Shown here: piece after piece, positions 1 to 8,304 of the stretch | Layout: each line of letters starts with the position of its first letter | Position numbering within the stretch: position 1 is the first letter of the stretch | DNA from: an uncultured Acidimicrobiaceae bacterium | Lineage (GTDB): Bacteria; Actinomycetota; Acidimicrobiia; Acidimicrobiales; RAAP-2 | NCBI GenBank assembly: GCA_963704615.1 | Contig: OY969923.1 | Location: 2,572,068-2,636,067, forward strand | Direction: 5' to 3' | Length of the DNA stretch: 64,000 bases | Made by a program: the position numbers and the translations under genes | Notes under the pieces: model-generated | Seen by the model: only the letters and a program-made list of their open reading frames with translations | The model's database searches: none | Told to the model about the DNA's origin: nothing

Positions 1-2
1 TG

Positions 3-155
3 CGCCGGTTCTCGCCACGGTTGCAGCAGCTGGTTGGCTATGGGATCTACAACGGGCTCATCGGTCACATCGACAAGAACGTCCCCGCCAAATTGCTCCT
101 CGGGGCAGACGACCAATCGCATCTCCTCTGGGACTACGCGATACCGACCCCCTGA
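3..155 (+). CDS. 3' end of an unidentified CDS (partial, runs off the window start)
   Basis: The frame starting at nt 3 is open from the window edge to TGA at 153-155 (..GYGIYNGLIGHIDKNVPAKLLLGADDQSHLLWDYAIPTP*). Third codon positions are G/C-rich, as in coding DNA elsewhere in the window. No family recognised. Confidence 0.4.
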   Translation, partial: RRFSPRLQQLVGYGIYNGLIGHIDKNVPAKLLLGADDQSHLLWDYAIPTP

Positions 156-239
156 GCTCGCTGTAGCTTCTCGGGCGTGCCCCACCAGCCTCGACCGCCC
201 GGTGGGCAATCACACATTCTGACAACACCAGGCACAAAT

Positions 240-279
240 TGACGAGGCCGCGCAGAAACTGACGAGGCCGCGCAGAAAC
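240..279. repeat. Perfect 2 x 20-bp tandem direct repeat (tgacgaggccgcgcagaaac) upstream of the ECF sigma gene
   Basis: Read directly: 240-259 and 260-279 are identical. A third AGAAAC follows at 291-296. Confidence 0.9.
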
Positions 280-291
280 CCGCCGATGGTA

Positions 292-317
292 GAAACGAAA
301 ATGACCCTCATTGCGTT
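292..317 (+). promoter_or_regulatory. Candidate ECF-type promoter (GAAAC-N17-CGTT)
   Basis: GAAAC at 292-296, a 17-nt spacer, then CGTT at 314-317, about 130 nt upstream of the sigma start. It resembles the GGAAC-N16/17-CGTT pattern of autoregulated ECF promoters. Motif match only. Confidence 0.3.
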
Positions 318-447
318 ACACCATCGAGTCGGACCGGGAACGGCCTGCTCAACAGGGGTTTCCCATGGTGGACAGGCCCGTCGAGCAGGTGTATGAATGG
401 CAACGGCAAGCGGGTTCACTACCTAGTCGAGTCGCAGGTGTCGTCAG

Positions 448-1095
448 ATGATCGACTTTCGGGGGAAGTTGCGGGCGGCCAAGCAAGGCGATGAAGACGC
501 ATTCGCCTACATCTGGCGGGAGTTTCACCCCTTTCTCCTCCGCTACCTGAAGGTCAAGGCGGCCCCAGACGCTGAGGACCTGGCTGCAGATATCTGGCAC
601 CGAGTCATTCGGGCGCTGCCTGATTTCGAAGGAGATGAGAACGCTTTCCGGGCTTGGCTCTTCACGTCCGCTCGCAACCGGCTGACCGATTGGTACCGCG
701 GCAACGAACGACGGCCCGTGCTGATCGACCGGTCGCTGCTCGTCGTACTGCCAGCCAGCAGCAATGTGGAGACCGAGGCCGAAGAGAATTCGGCGACGGC
801 AGTGGCGATCGCTCTGATTGCTCAACTTCCGCCCGACCAAGCCGAAGCCGTTCTGCTTCGGATTGTCTACGGGTTGGATGTTTCCTTCGTGGCCAAAATC
901 ATGAAGCGGTCACCGGGATCGGTGCGGGTCTTGTGCCATCGAGGCCTCCGCCACCTGGAAAGTGTCCTCCAACAGAGTTACGATGGCGCGGAATCGGGCG
1001 GTGGCCCACTGACCGGAGTGGCGGCAGCTGCGGTTGGTGCAGAGTCGGCGGGAGTTGGCGTGCTTGAATCTCATGAGGTTGGCCTCCATGGTTGA
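448..1095 (+). CDS. ECF-family RNA polymerase sigma-70 factor
   Basis: 215-aa ORF. Region-2-like DAFAYIWREFHPFLLRYL..AEDLAADIWHRV and FRAWLFTSARNRLTDWYR. Region-4 HTH LPPDQAEAVLLRIVYGLDVSFVAKIMKRSPGSVRVLCHRGLRHL. Confidence 0.9.
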   Translation: MIDFRGKLRAAKQGDEDAFAYIWREFHPFLLRYLKVKAAPDAEDLAADIWHRVIRALPDFEGDENAFRAWLFTSARNRLTDWYRGNERRPVLIDRSLLVVLPASSNVETEAEENSATAVAIALIAQLPPDQAEAVLLRIVYGLDVSFVAKIMKRSPGSVRVLCHRGLRHLESVLQQSYDGAESGGGPLTGVAAAAVGAESAGVGVLESHEVGLHG

Positions 1096-2048
1096 TGTGA
1101 GCATCGGAGGAATCCCGGAAAGCACGACGGTCGCAGACGACAACGTCGTGGCCTTTCCCACTCTGATGAGCGGCGGACTGGCCGATCTGATGGCGTCGGC
1201 ATCTGCTCCGGGGACACCCCATGAGTTGCGTCACGAGATGACGGCTCGCGCTGACTTCCGGTCACAGGCAACCTCTCGGATGCAACCTCGTCGACTGCGA
1301 TGGCGCAAGCCCCTGGGAATCGCGGTGGCTACGGGCGCCTGTCTGATTACGACAACGACCGGCCTGGCTGCGGCCACCGGCTTTCCGCAATCAGCGGCGC
1401 GAAATTGTCGACCCGATACTCAATCACGTCGATATCAACGTCACGCCCCAGACCGTCGCCCCTCCGCAAGTTGTCCCCGGCGGGAACAAAGCGGTCACCC
1501 AAGGGTCCTCCTCGAAGGGAACAGCCGACGTGTCCCGTTCGCGCTCCCGAAATACCCCCGCCTGTTCGGACAAGAGCGATCCGTCGGGTGGCGATGCGCC
1601 GAACCTCAACGCAACCGGCGGCTCGGGGTCTTGTTTGCATCAGGCCTCCACAGCGGCCGGCGGTGGGACCTCCGCTCGGACACCGGCCAATCAGGACCGC
1701 AACCTGGCGACCGGATTCCGCTCTGGCAGTGGACAGGGTGGAGCCGGGGGGGCTGATCAGTCCACCGGAACCGGTCAAGGCACCGGCTCCAACCGGGGTG
1801 GGAACCAAGGGACCGGCTCCAACCGGGGCGGGGACCAAGGGACCGGCTCCAACCGGGGCGGGAACCAAGGGACCGGCTCCAACCGGGGTAGGAACCAAGG
1901 GACCGGCTCCAACCGGGGTGGGAACAAGGGCACCGGCTCCGGCCGAGGCGGAAAGCATGGCACGGGCAAGGGACACGGCTCGGGCACCGGAGGGAACGGT
2001 GGAAGCGGCAGCGGCCATCATCACCACGGGACCACTCCCGACGGTTGA
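1088..2048 (+). CDS. Putative membrane-anchored anti-sigma factor with a Gly/Ser/Asn-rich repeat ectodomain; apparent frameshift near 1395-1402
   Basis: ATG at 1088 overlaps the sigma stop (ATGGTTGA). The first reading frame gives a cytoplasmic N-terminus and one TM helix (PLGIAVATGACLITTTTGLAAATGF). After about 1400 this frame becomes Arg-rich with poor GC3. The +1 frame, open from 1347, has high GC3 and reads EIVDPILNHVDINVTPQTVAPP...(GTGSNRGGNQ)x5...GHHHHGTTPDG*, ending at 2048. The span of 961 nt equals 3n+1. Confidence 0.55.
1776..1925 (+). repeat. Five tandem copies of a 30-bp unit (caaggRaccggctccaaccggggYRggRac) inside the anti-sigma ORF
   Basis: Units at 1776, 1806, 1836, 1866 and 1896 differ by 1-3 nt. 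A degenerate sixth copy runs to about 1955. The units encode QGTGSNRGGN repeats. Confidence 0.9.
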
Positions 2049-2102
2049 GGGAACGGATCCGCAACGTGACTGGGGGCAGGCAGAATGGGTAGAGATCCGG
2101 GT

Positions 2103-2945
2103 ATGACAAAGAAGGTCAGTCGGTCGGCAACGGCGGCAGCTGTGCTTGTTCTGTGGATCGGTGTGGCTCTTCTCGCATCCAACTCAGGGGCAGCGAGCAC
2201 CAGCCTTGCCGGTCAACATGCTCCCCTGGAGTCCGCATCTCCCGCTCCCAGCGCCGATCATGGGAATGGGAACCAATCGAATGGAACACAGACATCGCTC
2301 GACTGGGCCGGATATGCCGTCACCGGTCCGACTTTCTCCAACGTCGCAGGAAGTTGGACTCAGCCGACCGCCACGTGCCCCAAGAAACAACTGCAGGAAG
2401 CCGCGTTCTGGGTTGGAATTGACGGCTACTCGGCCTCGGATCCGACGGTAGAGCAAATTGGGACTGACTCCGACTGCACCAAAGCCAAGGGGAAGAAGCC
2501 CGGCGGGGCCAATTACTATGCCTGGTACCAGATGTTCCCCCAACCGGACGTCGTGCTTCCCACCTCGTCGTACCCGGTCGCCCACGGGGATGCCATCAGC
2601 GCAAGCGTGGCTGTCTCCGGTTCCACGTACACACTGACCATCGTCGACGGCGCCAAGTGGCACTTCTCCACCACGCAAACCCCCTCGAGCCAGCCTCAGA
2701 ATTCCTCTGCCGAGTGGATCACTGAGGCGCCATGCACCGGGTCGAAGTGCAAGGTTCTCCCCCTCGCCGACTTCGCCTCGGTCACCTTCAGCAGTGCTTC
2801 GGCCAACAATGCAGCAATTTCGTCAGCCGGGTTCACCGATCATCAGATCGACATGACCACCAAGGGCGCCAAGAAAACCAAGGCTCAACCCTCGGCGCTG
2901 TCAGCCGGTGGATCGGCGTTCACGGTCACCTGGCTGAGCAACTGA
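2103..2945 (+). CDS. Secreted peptidase, family G1 / Peptidase_A4 (scytalidoglutamic-peptidase-like glutamic peptidase)
   Basis: Signal-peptide-like N-terminus (MTKKVSRSATAAAVLVLWIGVALLASNSGAAS). Family-typical blocks: DWAGYAVTG, VAGSWTQPTATC, AAFWVGIDGY, VEQIGTD (candidate catalytic Gln), YYAWYQMFP and SAEWITEAP (candidate catalytic Glu). An alternative start lies at 2085. Confidence 0.8.
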   Translation: MTKKVSRSATAAAVLVLWIGVALLASNSGAASTSLAGQHAPLESASPAPSADHGNGNQSNGTQTSLDWAGYAVTGPTFSNVAGSWTQPTATCPKKQLQEAAFWVGIDGYSASDPTVEQIGTDSDCTKAKGKKPGGANYYAWYQMFPQPDVVLPTSSYPVAHGDAISASVAVSGSTYTLTIVDGAKWHFSTTQTPSSQPQNSSAEWITEAPCTGSKCKVLPLADFASVTFSSASANNAAISSAGFTDHQIDMTTKGAKKTKAQPSALSAGGSAFTVTWLSN

Positions 2946-3127
2946 TCGGCCTTCGACACACGGATCCCTTTCGCCCGACCCGATCGAGAGCTTGAGTTCA
3001 GGGCAAGTCCCGACGGCTGGGACGGCCCACCCTCCTCCGCTGGTCAGCGGCGTCACTGGGCATAGGCCGGAGCAGCCAACCGTGTTCCCGCCCATGCAGC
3101 CTTTGGTAGATAGCTGAGATCAGGTGA

Positions 3128-3202
3128 TGGAGGCGGCGGGCGGAATCGAACCGCCGTACGGGGCTTTGCAGGCCCCTGCCTAAGCCACTCGGCCACGCCG
3201 CC
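3128..3202 (-). tRNA. tRNA-Cys (anticodon GCA), CCA encoded
   Basis: The reverse complement folds as GGCGGCG-TG-GCC-GAGTGGCTTA-GGC-A-GGGGC-CTGCAAA-GCCCC-GTAC-GGCGG-TTCGATT-CCGCC-CGCCGCC-T-CCA. It has a 7-bp acceptor stem, a GCA anticodon and a U73 discriminator, as expected for Cys. Confidence 0.9.
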
Positions 3203-3251
3203 CGGGCGCTCGGCGATCCTACCCTCCCCGTCGGGATGCTTGAATCTCCTC

Positions 3252-4277
3252 ATGAGGATTGGAATCATCGCTCCGCCGTGGACTCCCATCCCCCCGCTCC
3301 TCTACGGGGGGATCGAGCTGGTTGTCGACCAGTTGGCCCGAGGGCTCCAGGACGCGGGCCAAGAGGTTCTCCTCTTCGCCACCGGCGATTCGACCTGTCC
3401 GGTCCCCCTCCAGTGGGTTCTTCCGGCGGCCGAGGGCACCCGGATCGGCATGGCTGTCCCCGAAATCCGCCACGTCATCCATGCCTATGAAGCGGTGCGC
3501 CACTGCGACGTGGTCCATGACCACACCCTGATGGGACCCTTCCATGCCGAACGGTACCCGGGTCTCCCCGTGGCCACCACCATCCACGGCCCGTTCAACG
3601 AGGAGTTGACCGATGTGTACCGGGCCAACGCCGAACGCGTCCCGATCATCGCCATTTCTCATGCCCAGCATCGAGCCGCGCCGGAGATCCCGATCGCCCG
3701 AGTCATCCATCACGGAGTGGACGCCTCGCACTTCCCGGTGGGAAACGGGGCCGGGGACCGGGATGGTCCCTATGTCCTGTTCCTCGGGCGCATGGCCGCA
3801 GAAAAGGGGGCCCACCGGGCCATCGAGGTGGCCCGCAAAGCCGGCATCCGTATATTCCTGGCGGCCAAGATGCGAGAGGCCTGGGAGATGCACTACTTCT
3901 CCGAGCAGGTGGAGCCCCTGTTGAGCGCGGACGCACGCTACCTGGGTGAGGTATCCCACGAGCGCAAGCTCGAGCTCTTGGCTGGTGCGTCGGCCCTGCT
4001 GTTCCCGATCCGCTGGAACGAGCCCTTCGGCATGGTGATGATCGAGGCCATGGCCTGCGGCACACCGGTCATCGCCTTCCCCGAAGGGGCGGCACCCGAG
4101 GTCGTGGATCACGGGCGCACCGGATTCCTGTGCGACGACGAGGCCTCGATGGTCGAGGGCATCGGCCGTCTGGGCGAAATCAAACGGAGTGACTGCCGAC
4201 TGGCGGTCGAAGGCTATTTCTCGACCAACCGGATGGTGGCCGAGCACATCGAGCTCTTCGAGTCGATGATGAGCTGA
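3252..4277 (+). CDS. Glycosyltransferase family 4 (GT-B, glycosyl transferase group 1)
   Basis: MRIGIIAPPWTPIPPLLYGGIELVVDQLARGL N-terminus typical of GT4. The C-terminal block is FPIRWNEPFGMVMIEAMACGTPVIAFPEGAAPEVVDHGRTGFL (EX7E-type). An alternative TTG start lies at 3240. Confidence 0.85.
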   Translation: MRIGIIAPPWTPIPPLLYGGIELVVDQLARGLQDAGQEVLLFATGDSTCPVPLQWVLPAAEGTRIGMAVPEIRHVIHAYEAVRHCDVVHDHTLMGPFHAERYPGLPVATTIHGPFNEELTDVYRANAERVPIIAISHAQHRAAPEIPIARVIHHGVDASHFPVGNGAGDRDGPYVLFLGRMAAEKGAHRAIEVARKAGIRIFLAAKMREAWEMHYFSEQVEPLLSADARYLGEVSHERKLELLAGASALLFPIRWNEPFGMVMIEAMACGTPVIAFPEGAAPEVVDHGRTGFLCDDEASMVEGIGRLGEIKRSDCRLAVEGYFSTNRMVAEHIELFESMMS

Positions 4278-4287
4278 GCTCGGCCTG

Positions 4288-4307
4288 GCGGCGCGGGCGA
4301 GCGCCGC
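4288..4307. terminator. GC-rich hairpin between convergent genes (candidate bidirectional terminator)
   Basis: GCGGCGC-gggcga-GCGCCGC: a 7-bp stem and 6-nt loop. It lies between the GT4 stop (4277) and the stop of the minus-strand small membrane ORF (4314). Confidence 0.4.
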
Positions 4308-4313
4308 TCAGCG

Positions 4314-4532
4314 TCACGAACGTCGGCGGAACACCAGCTTGACGACGAGGACAACCAGGGCGACGACCACCACCAGCTTGACGAAGAACCACAGCACGCC
4401 GGCGATGAATCCGAGCACCTCGAAGGCTACGAGCAGCGCGATCAGCCCGCCGCCGATGATCAGAACCCCGTCGAACAGGCTCAGCCCGCTGCGCTCATCC
4501 CGACGGGGCTCCATTTGTTGGTTTCTGGCCAC
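4314..4532 (-). CDS. Small membrane protein (two predicted TM helices), function unknown
   Basis: 72-aa ORF with a charged N-terminus followed by LSLFDGVLIIGGGLIALLVAFEVLGFIAGVLWFFVKLVVVVALVVLVVKLVF and an RRRS tail. It fits the gap between GT4 and glnD. Confidence 0.5.
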   Translation of the reverse strand: MARNQQMEPRRDERSGLSLFDGVLIIGGGLIALLVAFEVLGFIAGVLWFFVKLVVVVALVVLVVKLVFRRRS

Positions 4533-4640
4533 GTCCCCAGGGTAATCGACGGCGACCGCGGAGTGTCATCGCCGACCGCCGCTGACCTCTGCCACCCGCG
4601 AGTTGCCTGGTGGTACGGTCCGCACGTGTCCCTGCGTGCC

Positions 4641-7007
4641 ATGCGCCAGGCTCTCCTCGAGCGCGACGACCTGCGCGGGGATGCGTTCTGCCTTGCCTAC
4701 GCCGAGGCAGCCGACCGGTGGCTGAGCAGCCTGTTCGACCAGGCGACCGGAGGCGACGCCAAGGGCATGGCGCTCATTGCGGTGGGTGGGTATGGACGGG
4801 GCGAGCTCTGTCCCTACAGCGACCTCGATGTCGTGCTCCTGCACCGGGGGCGGGGCGACATCTCGGAAACGGCCGACAAGATCTGGTACCCGGTCTGGGA
4901 CGAGGGGATCGCGCTCGACCACAGCGTCCGTCGACCTAATGAGGCCCTGGACATGGTATCCAGCGACCTCCGGGTGGCCCTGGGTCTGCTCGACGGACGG
5001 GTCGTCGCCGGCGATCCCAAGGTGGCGGAGCCGGTGCTCGAAGGAGCACGCGACCGTTGGGTCAAGCAGAAACCACCGTGGCTCGGGATCCTGGCTGACC
5101 AGGTCGCCGAGCGGCACCGCACCTACGGCGATGTGGGCTTCCTTCTCGAGCCGGACCTCAAGGAGGCTCATGGCGGACTGCGGGACGTCGCCGCCCTGCG
5201 GGCCATGATGTTGGCCGTCCCCGTTCTGGCCGACTACGTGGACACCGTGGCCATCGACGAGGCCCGGCGGGTGCTGACCACCATCCGGGTGGAGCTCCAC
5301 CGACGTGCCGGCCGCGAGCAGAACAAGCTGCTCCTCCAGGAACAGGACCAGGTGGCCGCGGCCGTCGGCGACCCCGACTCCGACTCGTTGATGCGCGCCG
5401 TGGCCACCGCCGGGCGCACGGTGGCGTGGGAGGGGGACGACGCCTGGCGCCGCCGAAGCGCCTGGTCTCGATCGCAGGGCACGGCCCGCCGGCGCCTCTG
5501 GTCCTCCTCGCCCGCCAAGGAGGACAAGGCGGCCAATGGCGCCATCTCGCCGGTCCCCGGCGACCCTGACGTCGGCGTGACCGAGGACGAGGCTGTTCTG
5601 ATGGCCGGCGCCGACGTGGTCGGCGACGCCTCGCTGTCTCTGCGCCTGGCCGCGGTGGCCGCCGAAAAGAACCTGCCCATCAACCGGGACGCTCTCAACC
5701 TCCTCGGCCGCAAGGCGCCCACACCGCCAGTTCCCTGGCCGGACGATCTTCGGTCGGTCCTGATTCGGGTGTTGCTCACCGGGCCACCGGCCATTGCCGC
5801 CCTCGAGGCGCTCGATCAGCGCCATCTCCTCGAGCGCTCGATCCCGGAATGGTCGGCCGTCCGCAACAAGCCCCAACGCAACCCCTACCACCGCTTCACG
5901 GTCGATCGCCATCTCCTCGAGGCGACCGCCAACGCCGCCACCCTGTCCCATCGGGTCGACCGACCCGACCTGCTGGTGATCGGAGCCTTGCTGCACGACA
6001 TCGGAAAGGGCTTCCCCGGGGATCACACCGCGGTGGGCATGGTCGTCGCCGCCGAGGTGGCCGCTCGCATGGGTTTCCCGCCCGAGGACGTCGACACCGT
6101 GGTCACCTTGGTTCGGCTGCACCTCCTCTTGCCCGATACCGCCACCCGACGCGACCTCGACGATCCGGCCACCGCCGAGCGCGTGGCCCTCGAGGTCGGC
6201 AGCCGGTCGACCCTCGATCTGCTGGCCGCCTTGGTCGAGGCGGACGGTCTGGCCACCGGTCCGTCCGCCTGGGGGCCGTGGAAGGCCGGACTCATAGCCG
6301 ATCTGGTCGAGCGAACCGGCCGCCTGTTGGCCGGCAAGCCACTCGACCCACCAACCCCGTGGATCACCGACGAGCTCCGGGTGATCATGGACACCGTCCG
6401 CACCCACGGCGGGCCGGCCCTGTCGGTGGACGACCCCACCGTCACCGTCGTGGCGTCTGACCGTGCCGGGCTGCTCGCCGAGGTCACCGGGGTGCTCGCC
6501 CTCCACGGGCTCAACGTCCGTTCGGCGGTGGTGGCCGGCGAGGACGGCGTGGCCGTCGAGATCTTCACCTTAGAGCCCCCACGGGGGCGCTGGCCGTCGG
6601 TGGCCCGCCTGGCCGATGACCTGGCCGCGGTCATGGCCGGCACCCTCTCCATCGAGGACGAGCTGGTCGAACGGGCCCGCACCTACCGCAACGAGCGCCG
6701 GGTGACCACCCCCCAATTGGTGTCGACGCAGGTCACGGTGGACAACAACGCCTCAGCCTCGGCGACCGTCGTCGAAGTACGGGCCGAGGACGTGGTCGGC
6801 CAGCTCCACCGGATCACCCGGGCCCTCGTCGACCACCAGCTCGATGTGACGTGGGCCAAGGTCTCCACCTTCGGGTCGGCGGTGGTCGACGCCTTCTACG
6901 TGCGCGGGCCCGACGGCGAGAAACTCACCGACACCCGCCTCATCACCAAGCTGGAGGCGTCGATCGCCGACCGGGTGGCTCAGCACGCCTCGAGTCGGGC
7001 CGACTGA
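4641..7007 (+). CDS. glnD: [Protein-PII] uridylyltransferase / uridylyl-removing enzyme
   Basis: Nucleotidyltransferase motif GGYGRGELCPYSDLDVVLLH, HD domain (LLHDIGKG..DH) and two C-terminal ACT-like repeats (VVASDRAGLLAEVTGVLALHGLNV; VRAEDVVGQLHRITRALVDHQLDV). The ORF is open from 4515. The ATG at 4641 is preferred because it avoids overlapping the divergent upstream ORF. Confidence 0.9.
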   Translation: MRQALLERDDLRGDAFCLAYAEAADRWLSSLFDQATGGDAKGMALIAVGGYGRGELCPYSDLDVVLLHRGRGDISETADKIWYPVWDEGIALDHSVRRPNEALDMVSSDLRVALGLLDGRVVAGDPKVAEPVLEGARDRWVKQKPPWLGILADQVAERHRTYGDVGFLLEPDLKEAHGGLRDVAALRAMMLAVPVLADYVDTVAIDEARRVLTTIRVELHRRAGREQNKLLLQEQDQVAAAVGDPDSDSLMRAVATAGRTVAWEGDDAWRRRSAWSRSQGTARRRLWSSSPAKEDKAANGAISPVPGDPDVGVTEDEAVLMAGADVVGDASLSLRLAAVAAEKNLPINRDALNLLGRKAPTPPVPWPDDLRSVLIRVLLTGPPAIAALEALDQRHLLERSIPEWSAVRNKPQRNPYHRFTVDRHLLEATANAATLSHRVDRPDLLVIGALLHDIGKGFPGDHTAVGMVVAAEVAARMGFPPEDVDTVVTLVRLHLLLPDTATRRDLDDPATAERVALEVGSRSTLDLLAALVEADGLATGPSAWGPWKAGLIADLVERTGRLLAGKPLDPPTPWITDELRVIMDTVRTHGGPALSVDDPTVTVVASDRAGLLAEVTGVLALHGLNVRSAVVAGEDGVAVEIFTLEPPRGRWPSVARLADDLAAVMAGTLSIEDELVERARTYRNERRVTTPQLVSTQVTVDNNASASATVVEVRAEDVVGQLHRITRALVDHQLDVTWAKVSTFGSAVVDAFYVRGPDGEKLTDTRLITKLEASIADRVAQHASSRAD

Positions 7008-7090
7008 CTCGGGAGCCTCGCCGGCCGTCCCTCCGGTGCGGCGCCTGAAACCTTCTTCTGCCTGGTAGATTCGGTGCAGAGGAGAGCGGA

Positions 7091-8272
7091 ATGGCTGGAA
7101 CACACGCACACTCGAGGCCGCCGCGCCCCGAGCAAACAAGCGAGGGTCGCCACGGCTGGCTGATCGCCATCACTCTGGCGATCGTGGCCCTGGTGGGCGT
7201 GGGTGCGGCCGCGGTTGCGGTGCGGGGAACGTCCGACCGGGCGGCCGCGTCTCCGACCTCGTCACCGGCAAGCGGTGTCGAACTGTCCAGCCACCCCGGC
7301 CCGTTCACCGTGGTCGCGGTGACACCCGTTGATGGCACGACCCAGGTTCCGAGCGATGCCACCGTATCGGTGCGGTTCTCGCTCCCGTTGAGCGCCCACT
7401 CCCCCGCCCCCTCGCTGACCCCGGCGGTGGCCGGCGCCTGGCAGTTGGTCACCCCGGATACCTATGCCTTCGTGCCCACGGCCCCGCTGATCCCGTCGAC
7501 GATGGAGACGGTGACCGTGCCGGCCGGCGCAACCGGTGTGGTGAGTAGCACGGGCAAGAAGCTGGCCCAGCCGGTCGTCGCCCGGTTCACTGTGGCTCCG
7601 GGCAGCACCCTCCGCCTCCAACAGCTGTTGGCTCAACTCGGCTACCTGCCGCTCAGCTTCGCCCCGGCGGGGCCGCTCACCGCTCCCCAGGAGGCGGCCC
7701 AGCCCCAACAGGGCACTTTCGCCTGGCGTTGGAGTGAGCCTGCGTCGCTGACGAGTCTGTGGACGCTGGGAACTGCCAACACGATCACCAGTGGCGCGGT
7801 GATGGCGTTCGAGTCCCAGCACAACCTCAAGACCGATGGGATCGCCGGTCCCCTGGTCTGGCAGCAACTGCTGACCGTGGCCCAGGCCGGGACGGTCAAC
7901 ACAGCTCCGTACAACTATGTGTACGTGTCCAAGTCCCTCCCCGAGACGGCCACCGTCTACAGCGACGGGGCCGAGGTCTATTCGACACTGGCCAACACCG
8001 GAGTCGCGGCCGCCCCAACCGCCTCGGGTACCTTTCCCGTCTATGTCCGGTACCGGGTCACCACCATGACCGGAACCAATCCCGACGGATCGAAGTACTC
8101 GGATCCGGGCATCCCCTGGGTCAGCTACTTCAACGGCGGGGACGCCCTCCATGGATTCGTGCGTGGGAGCTACGGGTTTCCCCAGAGTGACGGCTGTGTG
8201 GAGATGCCGCCGGACCACGCCGAGGTGGTCTTTCCTCTGACGCCCATCGGCACTCTGGTCACCGTCTCCTGA
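7091..8272 (+). CDS. L,D-transpeptidase (YkuD domain) with a peptidoglycan-binding domain
   Basis: Good RBS (AGGAGAGCGGA-ATG) and an N-terminal TM anchor. PG_binding_1-like LRLQQLLAQLGYLP...HNLKTDGIAGPLVWQQLL. YkuD catalytic block GGDALHGFVRGSYGFPQSDGCVEMP. Confidence 0.9.
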   Translation: MAGTHAHSRPPRPEQTSEGRHGWLIAITLAIVALVGVGAAAVAVRGTSDRAAASPTSSPASGVELSSHPGPFTVVAVTPVDGTTQVPSDATVSVRFSLPLSAHSPAPSLTPAVAGAWQLVTPDTYAFVPTAPLIPSTMETVTVPAGATGVVSSTGKKLAQPVVARFTVAPGSTLRLQQLLAQLGYLPLSFAPAGPLTAPQEAAQPQQGTFAWRWSEPASLTSLWTLGTANTITSGAVMAFESQHNLKTDGIAGPLVWQQLLTVAQAGTVNTAPYNYVYVSKSLPETATVYSDGAEVYSTLANTGVAAAPTASGTFPVYVRYRVTTMTGTNPDGSKYSDPGIPWVSYFNGGDALHGFVRGSYGFPQSDGCVEMPPDHAEVVFPLTPIGTLVTVS

Positions 8273-8304
8273 CCGATCCACCGACCCGGCCGGAGCGGGA
8301 CGCC

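Noticed and set aside
1776-1955. Possible CRISPR array, because of regularly spaced 30-bp repeats.
   Set aside because: The units are directly adjacent with no spacers. They lie inside a coding frame, and no cas genes are present.
1300-2106. 268-aa ORF reading the 30-bp repeats as PAPTGVGTKG (a proline-rich protein). Minus-strand ORFs also run over the same repeats.
   Set aside because: Third-position G+C is clearly better in the frame that gives GTGSNRGGNQ. That frame also connects, via the inferred frameshift, to the anti-sigma N-terminus that is translationally coupled to the sigma gene.
4566-6506. 646-aa ORF antisense to glnD. Similar very long antisense ORFs include 12907-14847 (+), 31323-32774 (-), 57920-59578 (-), 59783-61048 (+), 61122-62282 (+), 27616-28950 (-) and 3219-4247 (-).
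   Set aside because: Their products are Arg/Gly/Pro/His-rich with no family signatures. The opposite strand in each case encodes a protein with clear, contiguous conserved motifs. Long stop-free antisense frames are expected in DNA this G+C-rich.
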